64,000 nt of DNA from Eledone cirrhosa (taxonomy: Eukaryota): positions 264,244,001-264,308,000 of the forward strand of contig OZ024742.1 in NCBI GenBank assembly GCA_964016885.1, in the 5' to 3' direction. The position numbers and the translations under genes are program-made. The notes under the pieces are model-generated. The model did not search any database. It worked only from the letters and a program-made list of their open reading frames with translations, and had not been told where the DNA came from. Each line of letters opens with the position of its first letter. Position 1 is the first letter of the stretch. This document shows positions 39,215 to 53,140 of the stretch, in pieces.

Positions 39215-40355
39215 CTCATGTGTGCCGAGTGGTCTGGATCTCTGGAAAGTACCTAAACAATGGAAATCTGGAATGATAATCCCAGTTTTCGAAAAGAGAG
39301 ACAAGAGAGATTGCTCTAATTATAAAGGATTCTCTTTGGTAATCCTCTCCGGTAAAGTCTCTGCTAAGTGTCTGGACAAGAGATATAGGGAGATTGTCGA
39401 GTCCAAAGTAACTAATACTTGGATGTTTACCCTGTACGTAGCACAGCCGACCAAATGTTCACACTGCAGCAGGTCTTCGAGAAATCGTGAGAGTACAACC
39501 ATGAAGTGTATGGTTTTTTCGTAGATGTCGAAAATGTATATGACCGCGTTCTGCAGGACCTACTTTGTAAGATTCTGTAGGATTATGGAATCGATGTGGA
39601 GCTTCTTGTTGCCTTGAATTCTCTATATAAATGCCCTAGTTTTTGTGTTCGGATAAATGGTTCTGTCGAAGCCATTCAATGTGGCTGTCGGTCTACGCCG
39701 AGCGTGCTTACTGTCACTTCTCCTGTTTATAATCATTAAGCTGTAAGTGGTGTCAAGACCGGTGTCTATAGGATCATTCTACTTGAATTTGCGAACTTGG
39801 TACCCCGTAACTCGTCGGAAGGTTCTCTCCGTCATGCACTTGAGAGATTTGCTGCCGAGTTCTGCACGGCGTCAATGAAAATTTGTGCTGCGAAAACTGG
39901 GACACTCGTTCTCTCAAGAATGCCTGTGCAGTACATTCTACACGTGAGGGGTATTTCACTGACGCAGGTGTAGTGTTTCAATTATCTCGGGGAGGTTTTC
40001 ACGAGTGATGGGAGGTAGGAAGCTGAATTAATTACAAGAATTGCAGGAGTTGTTGCTGCAATGTATCACCAGAGGCTCTCCAGATAGAACCTTTACTTCT
40101 CCGATTGAGAGATCACTGCTCCAATATTATAGACATGTTCTTAAAATAGCCAAGGAAAAAAAAATACTGGACAGGTTTTATGAGAAAAACCAGCCCGCAG
40201 GAAACCCAGAGGTAGATTCTCAGCAAGATGGTTGGATAACATTTATGAGCTTGGTTGGTCTTTCTTGGGGATCCAGCTGGATCAGTTGGAGACGGTTGCT
40301 CCTGACAGAACCCGCTGGAAAGTGCTTAAGGTTTCTGTCTGCCCAACCCTCCCAG

Positions 40356-40396
<41 letters not shown>

Positions 40397-40420
40397 AGAA
40401 GGGGAGGAGGAGAAGAAGAA
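39215..40420 (+). mobile_element. Degenerate RTE (Rex3/Expander-like) LINE with (GAA)n tail
   Basis: VPKQWKSGMIIPVFEKRDKRDCSNYKGFSL, DQMFTLQQVFEKS, FVDVENVYDRV. Confidence 0.88.
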
Positions 40421-40599
40421 GAAGAAGTAGTAGTTTAAAATTTCATATCTATTTCACAAAATTCTATTTGTTTCAATGGGTTTACAAAATAAATATGAAA
40501 TGTAAATGTTACTTTAATAAGATACCATTCCAGACCACCTTGATGTTATAAAATTTAGTTTAGGGTGAATGTTTCACGAGATTAAATTTACTTAATCTG

Positions 40600-41172
40600 A
40601 CTTTCAGTATGTACAGTAATCTGACTATAGTTCTATGCTTCAACATGACATTGGTTTTGTGCAACATCGTGGTTCGGTACAATAATGTCACATCGGTTAC
40701 ATGCAGTAATATGATCTTGTTTATGTGCAGTAATGTGATATTGTTTGTACGCAGTGATATGACTGATTCTTAACCATCTACTATGTCAGGGTATGTCATG
40801 CACCATCTTATTTTATCTGATGAGGACGTACTATTGAACTTAACTCAGTACCTCTGAAATATGTATAATAGTTTACGTGCAGTAATGTGGTGTTGTTTAT
40901 GTGCAGTAATGTGGCATTATTTGTATGGCGGTGGATTGGCAGTATTGGTGGAGGGTCGGACACCATGTTTTAACGCAAAGAGATACGGCCCTTTCCATTC
41001 TGAGTTCAAATCCCGTCAAGGTTAACTTTGCCTTTCATCCTTACGGGGTCGATAAAATAAAGTACCAGTAATGCACTGGGTAATTGCTGGCCTTGTGTCA
41101 AAAGTAGAAACAATTATTTGTATGCAGTAATGTGGTATTGTTTATGTGCAGTAATGTAGCATTATTTGTATG
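40600..41172. repeat. ~23-bp minisatellite (TGCAGTAATGTGGTATTGTTTATG-like) interrupted by an HHR unit and a SINE
   Basis: Repeated gcagtaatgtg..ttgtttatgt units. Confidence 0.75.
40810..40870 (+). ncRNA. Hammerhead ribozyme (same family as 41947-42011)
   Basis: tttat CTGATGA gga cgtact..agtac ctct GAA ATA tg TAT A ata. Confidence 0.75.
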
Positions 41173-41350
41173 ACCGGTAGAGAATCGGACGCCATGCTTT
41201 GCAGCAAAGAGTTACGCCTCTTTATGGTCTGAGTTCAAATCCGGCCGAGGTCAACTTTGCCTTTCATCTTTATGGAGTCGATAAAATAAAGTACTAGTAA
41301 TGCACTGGGGTTTCTTGCTGGCCTTGTACCAAAAATAGAAACAATTATTT
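40926..41350 (+). mobile_element. Two SINE copies (40926-41118; 41174-41350)
   Basis: Dominant SINE; TSDs ATTATTTGTAT(G). Confidence 0.9.
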
Positions 41351-41609
41351 GTATATATGATTGCTCCCTTCCATTTTCTGTCTACACAATTCTCTCACAA
41401 ACATTCATTGGCCCGAAGCTATAGTGGAAGTCAGTTACCCCAAATCCCAAATGGGACTGTACCCAAAACCATGTGCTGCCTGCCTATCTACCTACCTTCC
41501 TACCTAACTATATGTCTGCTTACTTGTCTATCTATCTGATTGCCTGCCTGTCTATCTATCTACCTACAAACCTACTTACCATTTTCTCTCTCTATTTATC
41601 TATCTACCA

Positions 41610-42198
<589 letters not shown>

Positions 42199-42466
42199 GT
42201 GTGTGTGTGAGTGTGTGTGTGTGTCTGTGTGTGTATTCATGTACACACTCAACTATGCATGTAGCTATGAATGCATATACGTGTACGCACACATGTATAG
42301 AGTCTTTCTTTCATATACTTAATATGTACCAACTGATCAGTTTAAGATACCTATTGTTATGAATTATTAATTTCTGTTCTGTTTATTCAATACAATCTTA
42401 CTACAACTTGCTTGATACATTGAACTATTTGTGCTCTTTTTTCCTTTCTTTCCATTTCTATTACAG

Positions 42467-42493
42467 ATGGCGATGGCTCCATAATACATTTTG
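42467..42493 (+). CDS. Candidate 27-nt microexon of an unidentified host gene
   Basis: Long polypyrimidine tract + TACAG | ATGGCGATGGCTCCATAATACATTTTG | GTAAGT; length divisible by 3; open in phase 1 (xGDGSIIHF) and phase 2 (WRWLHNTF). Confidence 0.6.
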
Positions 42494-42537
42494 GTAAGTC
42501 ATTTCATTGTGTGTATGTGTGTGTGTGTGTTTATACG

Positions 42538-42625
<88 letters not shown>

Positions 42626-43459
42626 TTATGTATTTCTGTGTGTTTTGTTTGGTGTTCTTGATTTTGTTTTCATTTTACACTGAATTATTTATGACCGTTG
42701 TTATAGTCTTAACTATTCCATAGTTACCTTTGCCATTATTCTCATCTTTAGCCATTATCCTTATACCCCACCTATAAATGTAAGCGATTCACAGCATTGT
42801 ATGTAAATCTCCAACCGACTCATATACATCACTATAGTACGCACATTCATTTTGCTTTAAAAAATACAAAAACCAGCGCCAACACAAGAGCATATACGTG
42901 TTTAATTGATTCCAAAAATAGTAGCCACATCTCCTTCAAATCACACCCAAAGAAAGGGTCCTTAAATTCTGATTGAGTCGTAGGGGCATCGTTTTGACGC
43001 ACAACGTGGGGTTAATCACTCTCTGGGCCAGAACACAGCCGATTTCATCCAGAGTGAGAAAGAAAAAGAAAGATAAAGAGGAAGAATAGATCCCAGTACT
43101 AGAGTGCTACTTTATTTATCAAAATTAAAGGCAAATTTGACATTGCCAGAATTTGAGTTCTGAGTTTAGTGAACTAGAATAATTCACTGCCCTCAAATCA
43201 TTCTCTATTATTTTTTTTTAAAGTCCCGTTGGGTAATGTGACCCTGAGTTCTCTACACAGAAAAAATGATACGATTGTCACATGTGGAATGCCTTTGATC
43301 AGAGGTCTACTGGAACAGGTCTGACCCAAGGCTAAATAAAAACAACATTGCCATATGGTTTCTAATGGACTAGAACATGACTGATAAAAAAGATGGCAGG
43401 TGCGTTGCTGTAAGGCTGTTATTAGAGGTTTTCTGGATCAAGGATGACTTGGCACTAAA

Positions 43460-43672
43460 CAATAGTTTCTCAATTAGGCACAAGGCCAACTGTTTTGGGG
43501 AGGTGAAAGTCAATTAAATCGAATCAAGTGCGTTACTGGTACTTTATGTCAACGACCCCATAAGGATGAAAGGCAGACCTAACCTCGGTGAAATTTGAAA
43601 TCAGAACGTAAAGGACCGTAACTCTATGCAGCAAAGTATGTTGTCCGGCGCTCTACGTATGTTGTTAATCCA
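43460..43672 (-). mobile_element. Older SINE copy
   Basis: Diverged reverse complement of the dominant SINE. Confidence 0.8.
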
Positions 43673-45257
43673 AATTGGGGCTAAATAACAGCAACATCAC
43701 TAGGATTATCATGGGTAATGCAGTTCTAAGAGACAGAATGAGCTTTGCTGAGAAGTTGTTCTTTTTATCTTAAAGCTGCTGGATCCGTGTTGATCTGCGG
43801 TAAATAACAACAATTAGGTCTACATTTTCTCAATTGCATCCATCCCTATAGGAACTAACATCATGCTCATTCCATTTAACCCCATTAGCATATCCCAATT
43901 GACACTAACTCCACCTCCACTACTATCATTGTCATCATAACCATTCTCATTTCCGAGTCCACCTCCACATCCAGGTCATCATCATTCACATCATCAATAT
44001 CCTCATTTTTGTCTCCCCTCCACCTCAGCTATCATCATCACCATCCAATATGACCACCACCACCACCACCACCACCACCACCACCATCACCACCACCATC
44101 ATCTTCATCATCCTCATCATTATCCCCTCCCCTTCAACTCGTCTATCACCATCATTATAATCATCATCAACAACAGTGTGTGCTATGTATGTATCCTTAA
44201 TTCCTTGTGAATTCAGTCAGTATGAACCAGGTCTACCAATCTCAGATAACATGACATGGACAACTCACATTCTTCACATAAATAAGACAACCATACAGAC
44301 TGGATTACTGTCTAAAGGAGGATGTTCTAATCCATAAGAAACCATAAATACACATTATACATATACCCACAAATATGCGCCCTCATGCACAAATGTAAGT
44401 ACATTCCTGTTGTCTAGATTATTGATACCATCTGACGTCTTGGTCAATAGACCTTCACCCACTAACGCTTAATAATAACAGATCAACTGACAAAAGCTAT
44501 GCATCTTCTATGTCTATTCTACCACAACTCATCTATTTCTGCTCATGTTAACTGTTTACAGGCGCTTTCACCTGAGTCTGCTAGATACCTTTGTTCTTTT
44601 AAGTCTATTATTTCTCACATTTCTCGTAGTATATTTCATCTCTCAGAACATAGTTCAATCTTTCTTTTCAAGAACTGTATTACATTCCGGAATTTAGTTT
44701 CTCTTAATTACTAAATGTCAACACAAAGGTAAAGTACCCATGTGTATTATCTTCTACATGTATGAAACAGTAACCACTTCTAGTTTGATAATAAATATAT
44801 TGAATTTGAATGAAGTCCAGTGAAATTAGACACCTCCATGTCCAATTCTTGCTAGCAGGGAAAGCAGACATTAAACGATGATGCTGATGATCAGAGATCA
44901 AACTGTTCAAAACACAGCGTAGATGTAAAATATTAAAACATTTTTTCATCTTGAAAGATGAAAAATTATAATTTTACCAAGCTCAGAGTGTTCAGATCCA
45001 CTGCAGGCGCCTTTTTTTCTGTATTTGGAGCAGTACACTAAATGTAATGTTATTCGGTTTCATTAGCTGTTAGGGAAGGAGTAGATTATGTAGAATTTTG
45101 TATGAAATATAATAGCAACCTATCTAGGAGGAGATTTATCTTCCACCAGCTTAATACTATAAATCTCCAATAAAACATTAGCTTTTAAAATGTTTAAACA
45201 TTTATCTTTTTTTAACCAGCTTCTTACAATTTAGACTTTACATTAACTATAATAACC

Positions 45258-45410
45258 ACGGCAACGAATTGGCAATTCATTAGAACGTCGGATAGAATGC
45301 TTTGTGGTATTCGTTTCGGCTCTCTGCACTCAAATCCCACCGAGGTCAACTTTGCCTTTCATCCATTCAAGGTCGATAAAAACAGTACCAGTCTAGTACT
45401 GGGGTCGGTT
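45258..45410 (+). mobile_element. Older SINE copy
   Basis: CAAATCCCACCGAGGTCAACTTTGCCTTTCATCC...GTACCAGT. Confidence 0.8.
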
Positions 45411-46272
45411 GTTCCTCTATATCTATTTCTCACTTCCATTCTATCACTCTCTATCCTTCTCTGGAAGAAATCTGCTGTATTCAGACGTGGAGAGGGGAAG
45501 GGCTACACCGGGTTATAAAAACAATGCCCTGGTTGCGTCGTATGTCAGTGAGGCGCTCATAAGACTTCCTCAGGTTTACGGGCCCATGCTATACATGTTA
45601 ACCACACTCAGGTATCTTATTAAAATGTTACGCATCACATGACATGGAATACTCAGAATATATTTTTGTCATTGTGGGTAGGATCGGATAATGTTGCATA
45701 GAAAAAATAATTACAATTTGAATTATTTAAAATATCATGCTTATACAAAACAATGAAATGAATACCAATTATGAAAATTAACTTCAAATAAAATTAAATT
45801 AGACAATGAACCAAGCCAGCTTGGATAGCTGACGTAAAATGGTGATGATGATTATGATGATAATGAAAACACATTTCTCATTTTTATACTTACAATAGAT
45901 ATATCGCTTATATAATGAAGACGGAGGTGGGATTACAAAACAAGCACATTTCACTTTATACGTTGAATATTCGAATCGCTTAAATAACATCAAACTCTTC
46001 ATTTTGATATGGGTTCAAAACACTACCAAAGATCTGCTGACAATTACTTTTTGAGCAGGGAACTGAGAAATGTTCTACTTTATAGTAAATTACTTGTGAC
46101 AAACTCTATATGTAGGGATTAATTTAGAAAAATATATATTCTTCTCTTGGATAGATAAACTTCTATCAGTTATGCTCAGTAATGTACCAATGAAATATAT
46201 ATGGAACTAATATAAAACATTTTGATTGAATAGATCTGTCAATACATACATACATACATATATACATACATA

Positions 46273-46378
<106 letters not shown>

Positions 46379-46579
46379 TATGTATACGTACATACATATA
46401 TGTATACAGACGTACGGTAGTCTGTATATACATACATGCACACATATATATATATATGTACGTATGGGTTTACCGAACATTTATTATAATGTTCGGTTTG
46501 TTTGTAAACAAACAGCCCGAATTAAGCCCTACAGTGTTCGACAACCATCGTTGCCCTTTTGTTCAACACTGACAAAGGA

Positions 46580-46622
46580 ACGATGAACTAGTTTCTAACT
46601 TATTAGCTGTCATCAGCACCGT
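46580..46622 (-). ncRNA. Minimal type I hammerhead ribozyme inside a complex inverted repeat (46372-47128)
   Basis: acggtg CTGATGA c agct aata agtt a GAA ACTAGT T catcgt. Confidence 0.82.
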
Positions 46623-47125
46623 ATACCTTCCTGTCAGTCGATTGAACATTTGAAAGTATATACTTTCCTTATGCACATTAACGGCTGAGCAGCCTAATTT
46701 GCATATCGAGTGAGTTAGTTGGCTAGGCGTATCGAAAACGATAAATGGAAACAAATGAAATTTCATTTCTCACTCTTAGTACGGCTGATACTTAAATATA
46801 AGTATGTATACGTACATACATATATGTATACAGACGTACAGTAGAATGTATATACATACATGCACACATCCTTTGTCAGTGTTGAACAAAAGGGCAACGA
46901 TGGTTGCCGAGCTCTGTACGGCTTAATTCGGGCTGTTTGTTTACAGACAAACCGAACATTATAATAAATGTTCGGTAAACCCATACGTACATATATATAT
47001 ATGTGTACATGTCTGTATGTATATACATGCTACTGTACGTCTGTATACATATATGTATGTACGTATGCATACTTATATTTAAGTATCAGCCGTACTAAAA
47101 ATGAGAAATGAAATTTCATTTTTTT

Positions 47126-47170
<45 letters not shown>

Positions 47171-47171
<1 letters not shown>

Positions 47172-47358
47172 CGAAGGAAATGTGGTAAGGAACCAAGTGG
47201 ACCATAACGCACCAAAGTACTCAATACTTAGAGTTGTAGAGTGGGTAATAGGAACGAGTAGGACCCCGACGGCTGAGCTCAAGCCGTTTGACGGCTAATT
47301 CTAGTCCAGAATTAGCCGTCGAAACGGCTTCAGCTCAGCCGTCGGGGTCCTACTCGTT

Positions 47359-47363
<5 letters not shown>
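47171..47363 (-). mobile_element. pLTR mini-element (family of 4893-5700) with ~55-bp fold-back arms
   Basis: 47248-47301 is inverted against 47307-47363; (TA)n on both sides. Confidence 0.85.
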
Positions 47364-47412
<49 letters not shown>

Positions 47413-47434
47413 TATATATATATATAGAGAGAGT

Positions 47435-47800
47435 ATATTCAGCATTATACCGTAGAAGAACATTCGCTATCAGTTTTAAAATAGAGACTATGTCACTTAT
47501 TTCCGGCAAAGGATCGGAGATAGGCTGACAGTTGTTTCTCGCTGGTTCGCGTTTATCAAAGGCACCTGCCTTTGCCGAAATTTATAGAAGCTGGATTCTA
47601 AATGTACCAAAGAAGTCTGTCCTGAGGTTGATTAGGCTACTCCCGCCACTGAGTATCTTGAGGGTCTCGCTCAGACAGAGGTTGCAGATGCCAGATCCCC
47701 CTGTATCCGGTGGCACTTTCCTGATTTTGGACCAGGCCAGAAAGTACGGCATCCTGTCCAGCTTGAGCTTCCAGATCAGTTCGGAAAGAACCGCACTTTT
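47435..47800 (-). mobile_element. PLE GIY-YIG C-terminal fragment and 3' end (family B)
   Basis: LSELIWKLK...WSKIRKVPPDTGGSGICNLCLSETLKIL...LINLRTD parallels the family A EN C-terminus. Confidence 0.75.
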
Positions 47801-48317
47801 CCTTTTGCCCCTCCCCCCTATTAATATATCTATATTTTTCAAATTTTTTGATTTTTTAATCTTTTTATTTTTATTGGTTGCAACACACACGCAATTTTTG
47901 TTGTGCATCCCCCAGCACGAGAATTGGTCGCAGGAGAGATGCCAGTCTACACACATAAATTCTTCCGATCATAGCAGCAACATACTAAGGTTGACTTGCT
48001 GGCTGACCTCTTAACACCACTACCACTACCACCACGGTAAAGGAGATCAGCTGAACTTAAACATTCTGATAAAAACAACTATAACAGGCTGACCTGCCTC
48101 AGAAGAATTTCTATAGACTTTCGGCTGGGGAGTGGTGTGACAATTGACCAATGGGGTACGAGTGTGTCCTCTGACGCTGAAATTCGTTTGTTCTAGCTCA
48201 TATGATTCCAGTTCCTCGTAGGAATAACAACACACCCAGGAGCTGGACATATCGATCTATTGACAGTGGAACATATTTCAACACCATGTTTACCTGTTCT
48301 TTCTACATTAATTCCTA

Positions 48318-48370
48318 CTGCCTGAAGAGGTCACAGCCAATAATAGCTGTCACTGAAATATATATAGCAG
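48318..48370 (+). ncRNA. Type I hammerhead ribozyme
   Basis: ctgc CTGAAGA g gtcacagc caataata gctgtcac t GAA ATATATAT A gcag. Confidence 0.85.
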
Positions 48371-48420
48371 AGAATTTATAATAAACGAAGCCAAATTTAA
48401 CATGTTTGACTTACTTATTT

Positions 48421-48451
<31 letters not shown>

Positions 48452-50736
48452 TAAAAAACTACTGGACGACCTTAAAAACACCAAAGGAATTGTAGTAAAA
48501 GCGGACAAAACATCAAACCTGTACACTATGGATTGCACTACATACAACAACTTCATTCGAAAAGAATTACATAAAAAATATAGAAAAACGAGTGAAGTAA
48601 CCCTTAAGCACATCAATGATGAGGCATGCGAAATAGTGAAAAATCTCGGAATCGAAGATAGGACAGGACCACTCTTACCGGCGGTACCCACCTTCAATCT
48701 TAAGGACCACAAGGTAAACTTTGATAATGACCCTAAAATTAGATTAATCTGCCCCTCTAAATCAGATATAGGTAAAATAAGCAAATATATCTTAGATAGA
48801 ATCATCCCCCAAATTAAGGCTAAGGTTAACATTAAACTCTGGGGGAAGACCCAAGAAGCAATAAGATGGTTTAATAGCATTAGCAATAAGAATAAATCTA
48901 AGTTTATCCAGTTTGATATCGATGAATATTACTCATCGATATCACCTGAAACTTTGAATAGAGCCATTAAGTTTGCTAAGGATAACTCTGACCTTACAAA
49001 CGATGAAATTAAGATTATATTAGAAGCTAGGAAAACTATAGTCAAATTTGAGAACAGTTATTGGGTACGTAAAGATAGACCCTCTAACTTTGACATAACA
49101 ATGGGCTCTAACGATTCGGCGGAAATAACTGATATTGTGGGGTTATTTATCGCCTTTAGACTCCAGGAAAAATTCAGCAATCTCCACGGCGGAATATACC
49201 GCGACGATGTTCTCCTCCTAGCTAAAAACCTTAATAACCAAAAACTAGAAAAACTACGCAAAGATATAAGAAAACTACGACTCGAAATAGGACTAACTAT
49301 AACATATGAATACAACCTTAAAGTAGTTAACTTCCTGGATGTCACACTCAATTTAAACTCTGGTTTGATTAAACCGTTTCATAAATTGAATGAAAATCTC
49401 AAATACGTAAATGTTGGGTCTAACCACCCCATCTCTATAATTAAATCTATCCCTAAAAATATTTCCCTTAGAATCTCGGGTCTATCTTCTAACATACAAG
49501 TATTTAAGGAACACGCCGAGTACTACGATAACGCCCTTAGTAAAGCAGGCTACCTCAACAAAATAGAGTACATAGATGGGAACAATCAAAACACCCAAAA
49601 TAAATCCCACATAGGTAGATATAATAACACAACACCAAACCACACTTACTACCATAGTATGCACACCAGTAAACCAACAAACAAAACTAATAGAAAGCGA
49701 TGCAAAGAGTACTTATGGTATAACCCCGAATACAATAGTTCCATTAGTACAAATTTACCAGTACTCTTCTTTAAAATAATTAAAAGACATTTTCCCACAT
49801 CACACAAATACCACAAAATCCTAAACCCTACCACTATAAGACTGTCATACTCTACAGCGTTAAACCTTGAATAACACATAAAAAAGATCAATACTAGAAG
49901 GTTAAACGAAAACACTAAGAACTTAAGTACAAAGAACACAAAAAAAAAACAGTAAACAATACACTACAGAACATAAATAAACCACACCTAAGTTCGTCCG
50001 CAATACTACTCCAGAGAAAACCCAACGTACACAACTGTAACTGCACCTATCCTGACAACTGCCCCCTCGGCAATAACTGCCTGGAAAAAAATATTATTTA
50101 TAAGTGTACCATTAAATCCGGAGGCAACGAGTGGTATTACGTGGGATCAACGGCAACATCGTTTAAATCTCGATTGTATAGGCATTCTTACTCAATAAAA
50201 CACCAGAGCCAAAGAAATGTAACAACTTTAGCAGAAAAAGCTTGGACGCTCAGGGATAGCGATCAAAAGTTTACCCTAAAATGGGAAAAATTAGCTAAAA
50301 CCCAAAGCGTTTCCAGGAGCCAAAATTTCTGCAAATTGTGTAATCTTGAGATTTATTACATAATCACACACAAGAAGAAACTGCTGAATAACAGAATTGA
50401 ACGAACATTATTCTGCCGTCACAGAACTAAAACCCTTTTTTCCCACTACAAGCCGAATATTACATAAAAGAGGGACATCCCCCAACTATATAAACCTTAA
50501 TCTAGTTAGAAAAATATAAAAACAATCTCTTCTCAACATATATTAATAACCTTAAATTACCACACTAATAATGGAAAGATATGCTGATGAGAATAGGTAC
50601 AAATATGCGATAATGAATGTGTCTAAAAACGTCCATAAGTATGTATATATATGTGAAAATGTATATAAATAAGTAAATATATATATATGTTTGATGTGTA
50701 TAGTTAGATGTAAGTGTATTCATGTATTAAAGTGCT

Positions 50737-50823
<87 letters not shown>

Positions 50824-51650
50824 ATATGTGTATATGGATGTGTATGTATGTGTATGTGTGTACACATGGACTAGAGTATGTATGTATATATGTGTGTGTC
50901 TATACGTGTGTATATAAAGATAAGTTGAGTATGAAAATGTATACACATGAGCGCGTATGTATGTACATGAATACATGTGTGTATATATATGTGTATGCAT
51001 GTGTATATATATGTAAGTATGAATATGTGAATTGTGAGTATATGTATTTTGTAGAGGTGTGCAAATATATTTGTTTGTGAATGCGTGTGTGAAAGGATAC
51101 GTACACTTGAAAGAAAAATTTAAGTCTGAATGTTAATTAAGTGCAAACACAAAACCAACCACGCATATCTTTACTATCTCTAATCCTTCTATAGATTTAG
51201 AAAAATAACCAATAATATATTCTATAAAAAATGTCAAAACAACAGATGGGAATCTAATTACTCACTGCCACCAAGAATTCTCACTGCTATCGAAAAACCA
51301 CTCCTTCAACTATTCTTCTAACAACTTCACCCCTCCCTCCTAATATTCTCTATAAAAACTAAATAGGTCCTCAGTAATATTATTCTGATGAAATGACAGT
51401 AAATAATAACATTGAAATATTGAATGTCTGCATAACTAAAAGTTTGTAGATAGCAGCTGTTTTAGGTTATGTAACTGTTATAGAAACACGTGTCAATAAA
51501 TTCCTTTCAACTAAACTGTATCCATTCAAATCTTTCTATTTTTCTCCGGATTACTTTTGGAACTACAACTGGAACCGTCGAGCAAACTCTACGTGAGCTG
51601 ATAATCTACTGTGTGTAATATTTATATTACAACACAACGGAAAATACTGT
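48452..51650 (+). mobile_element. 5'-truncated Penelope-like element (family C): RT plus GIY-YIG pseudo-ORF 48452-50467, 3' pLTR
   Basis: ADKTSN, RLICPSKS, QFDIDEYYSSI, ITMGSNDSAE, YRDD, FLDVTLNL, CNCTYPDNC, NIIY..YVGST; stop at 49874 and frameshift near 49940; (TA)n at both ends. Confidence 0.93.
51380..51499 (+). ncRNA. Hammerhead ribozyme with a branched ~90-nt stem II in the family C pLTR
   Basis: ttatt CTGATGA a atgacagt...actgttat a GAA ACACGTGT C aataa. Confidence 0.82.
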
Positions 51651-51917
51651 ATATATATATATATATATATATATTTTATCTTGAACTATTGATGCTCTGG
51701 ACAAACATCCATTGAGCTTTTTTACTGAAAAATATATTCATCATACATATTATATATGTTATGATACTTCTGTTGTGCACCGTACGAGGCAGAAGCGAGA
51801 GGCAGGCCTCGGCCTGTCTGTTGGACCAGTAGTCCCGCTCCAGTACTAACGGTGTTTGTAAACCCAATCCAACCTTTGGTAGCAATGGAGTGCGGACGTA
51901 GAACGATGATACTGATG

Positions 51918-51990
<73 letters not shown>

Positions 51991-52454
51991 AATATATACA
52001 TACACATATTATTATGGCCAGTTACAACAACGGCACCATACTTGTTCATCGTGTGCCGATGAAAATGAACCGGGCAGTGTTTACTGAAAGGGGCGAGAAA
52101 TAAAGAGAGAAGAGTCAAACCAAGGGCAAATAATCCGGATGATTAATTTGACCTAAAAAAGTGAGCAAACGCTAAAATAACTAATAGTTATGAGGGGGCC
52201 AGAAAAAAAACGACAGGTTTAAGAAAGATATACATATTAAAGAGGCCATTTCTTCCAAACGCTGGATATTAATTTTTCATATTTTATCTAATTACATAAT
52301 GAGCCATGATGCGTATTTCTGTATAGGTCTTTTGTTCAATTATAAAAGGCATGTCGGTTCGAAATGCCTTTAAAAAAAAAAATAAATAAAAATAAAATAC
52401 AAATAATACCGGAGAAGTATCGAAATGCCTTATTGGCTGTTATGTTCGTATATC

Positions 52455-52490
<36 letters not shown>

Positions 52491-52849
52491 CGCGTGCCAG
52501 AATAACAGCTACCGTGGAATATCAATTCACACTTTTCCAACACTATTTTTTTCCGTTTGAAAAAGACTTGTCCGTTCGACATGCTTTGCATAATTGACTA
52601 CCGGGGTTACCCACAAATGCGGAACACAATGCATTATGCAATTAGATAGAATATGAAATATTAACATCCTGTCTTCATAATTATTCATGTATCAATACTC
52701 CGTCGTGTACCACCATATAAGGAACCATATTATCTATAGTACAGTACAATCCACGTGGATTGCTTAATGTCGCTTACATTTGGATTAATTATATTTTGGT
52801 GGACCTAGCAATATATTCTTAATAATTAATCATTTAAACGATGTCAAAA

Positions 52850-53140
52850 TATCATCATCATCGTCATCATCATCATCATCGTCGTCAGTATTCAACGTTC
52901 ATGGGTTAGTCGAGTTGTCATGTTATGAGACAAGTCAGGTCAGGTGACCACGTTCTGCAGATACGGATCAGTATATTGGCTTGAACTCTACGCCTGGATA
53001 CCCTTCCTAATACCAACAACGTTACAGTGTGGACTGGGTCCTTTTTATCGAAGCCTCAAAACGCTCAGCGAACATAGTGGACTTGATGGTTTCTCGTCGT
53101 ATCACCAGCTCGACCACCTTACATGGTGGACAGGGTGCTT
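52850..53140 (-). mobile_element. Degenerate SINE or RTE-tail repeat with (ATG)n tail
   Basis: (CAT)n then CTGGATACCCTTCCTAATACCAAC...GTGTGGACTGGGTCC; related piece near 62815-62860. Confidence 0.5.

Noticed and set aside
40600-41172. CRISPR-like repeat/spacer pattern
   Set aside because: Eukaryotic minisatellite with TE insertions; no regular unique spacers and no cas genes.
48402-48451. N-terminus of the 490-aa ORF
   Set aside because: Read-through of the upstream unit and (TA)n; real PLE coding starts at ~48452 and is 5'-truncated.
50584-50590. CTGATGA in the PLE 3' UTR
   Set aside because: No paired stems or GAAA/NUH partner found.
52575-52625. U1 snRNA-like words (TGCATAATT, CAAATGCGG)
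   Set aside because: Wrong order and no other U1 features.
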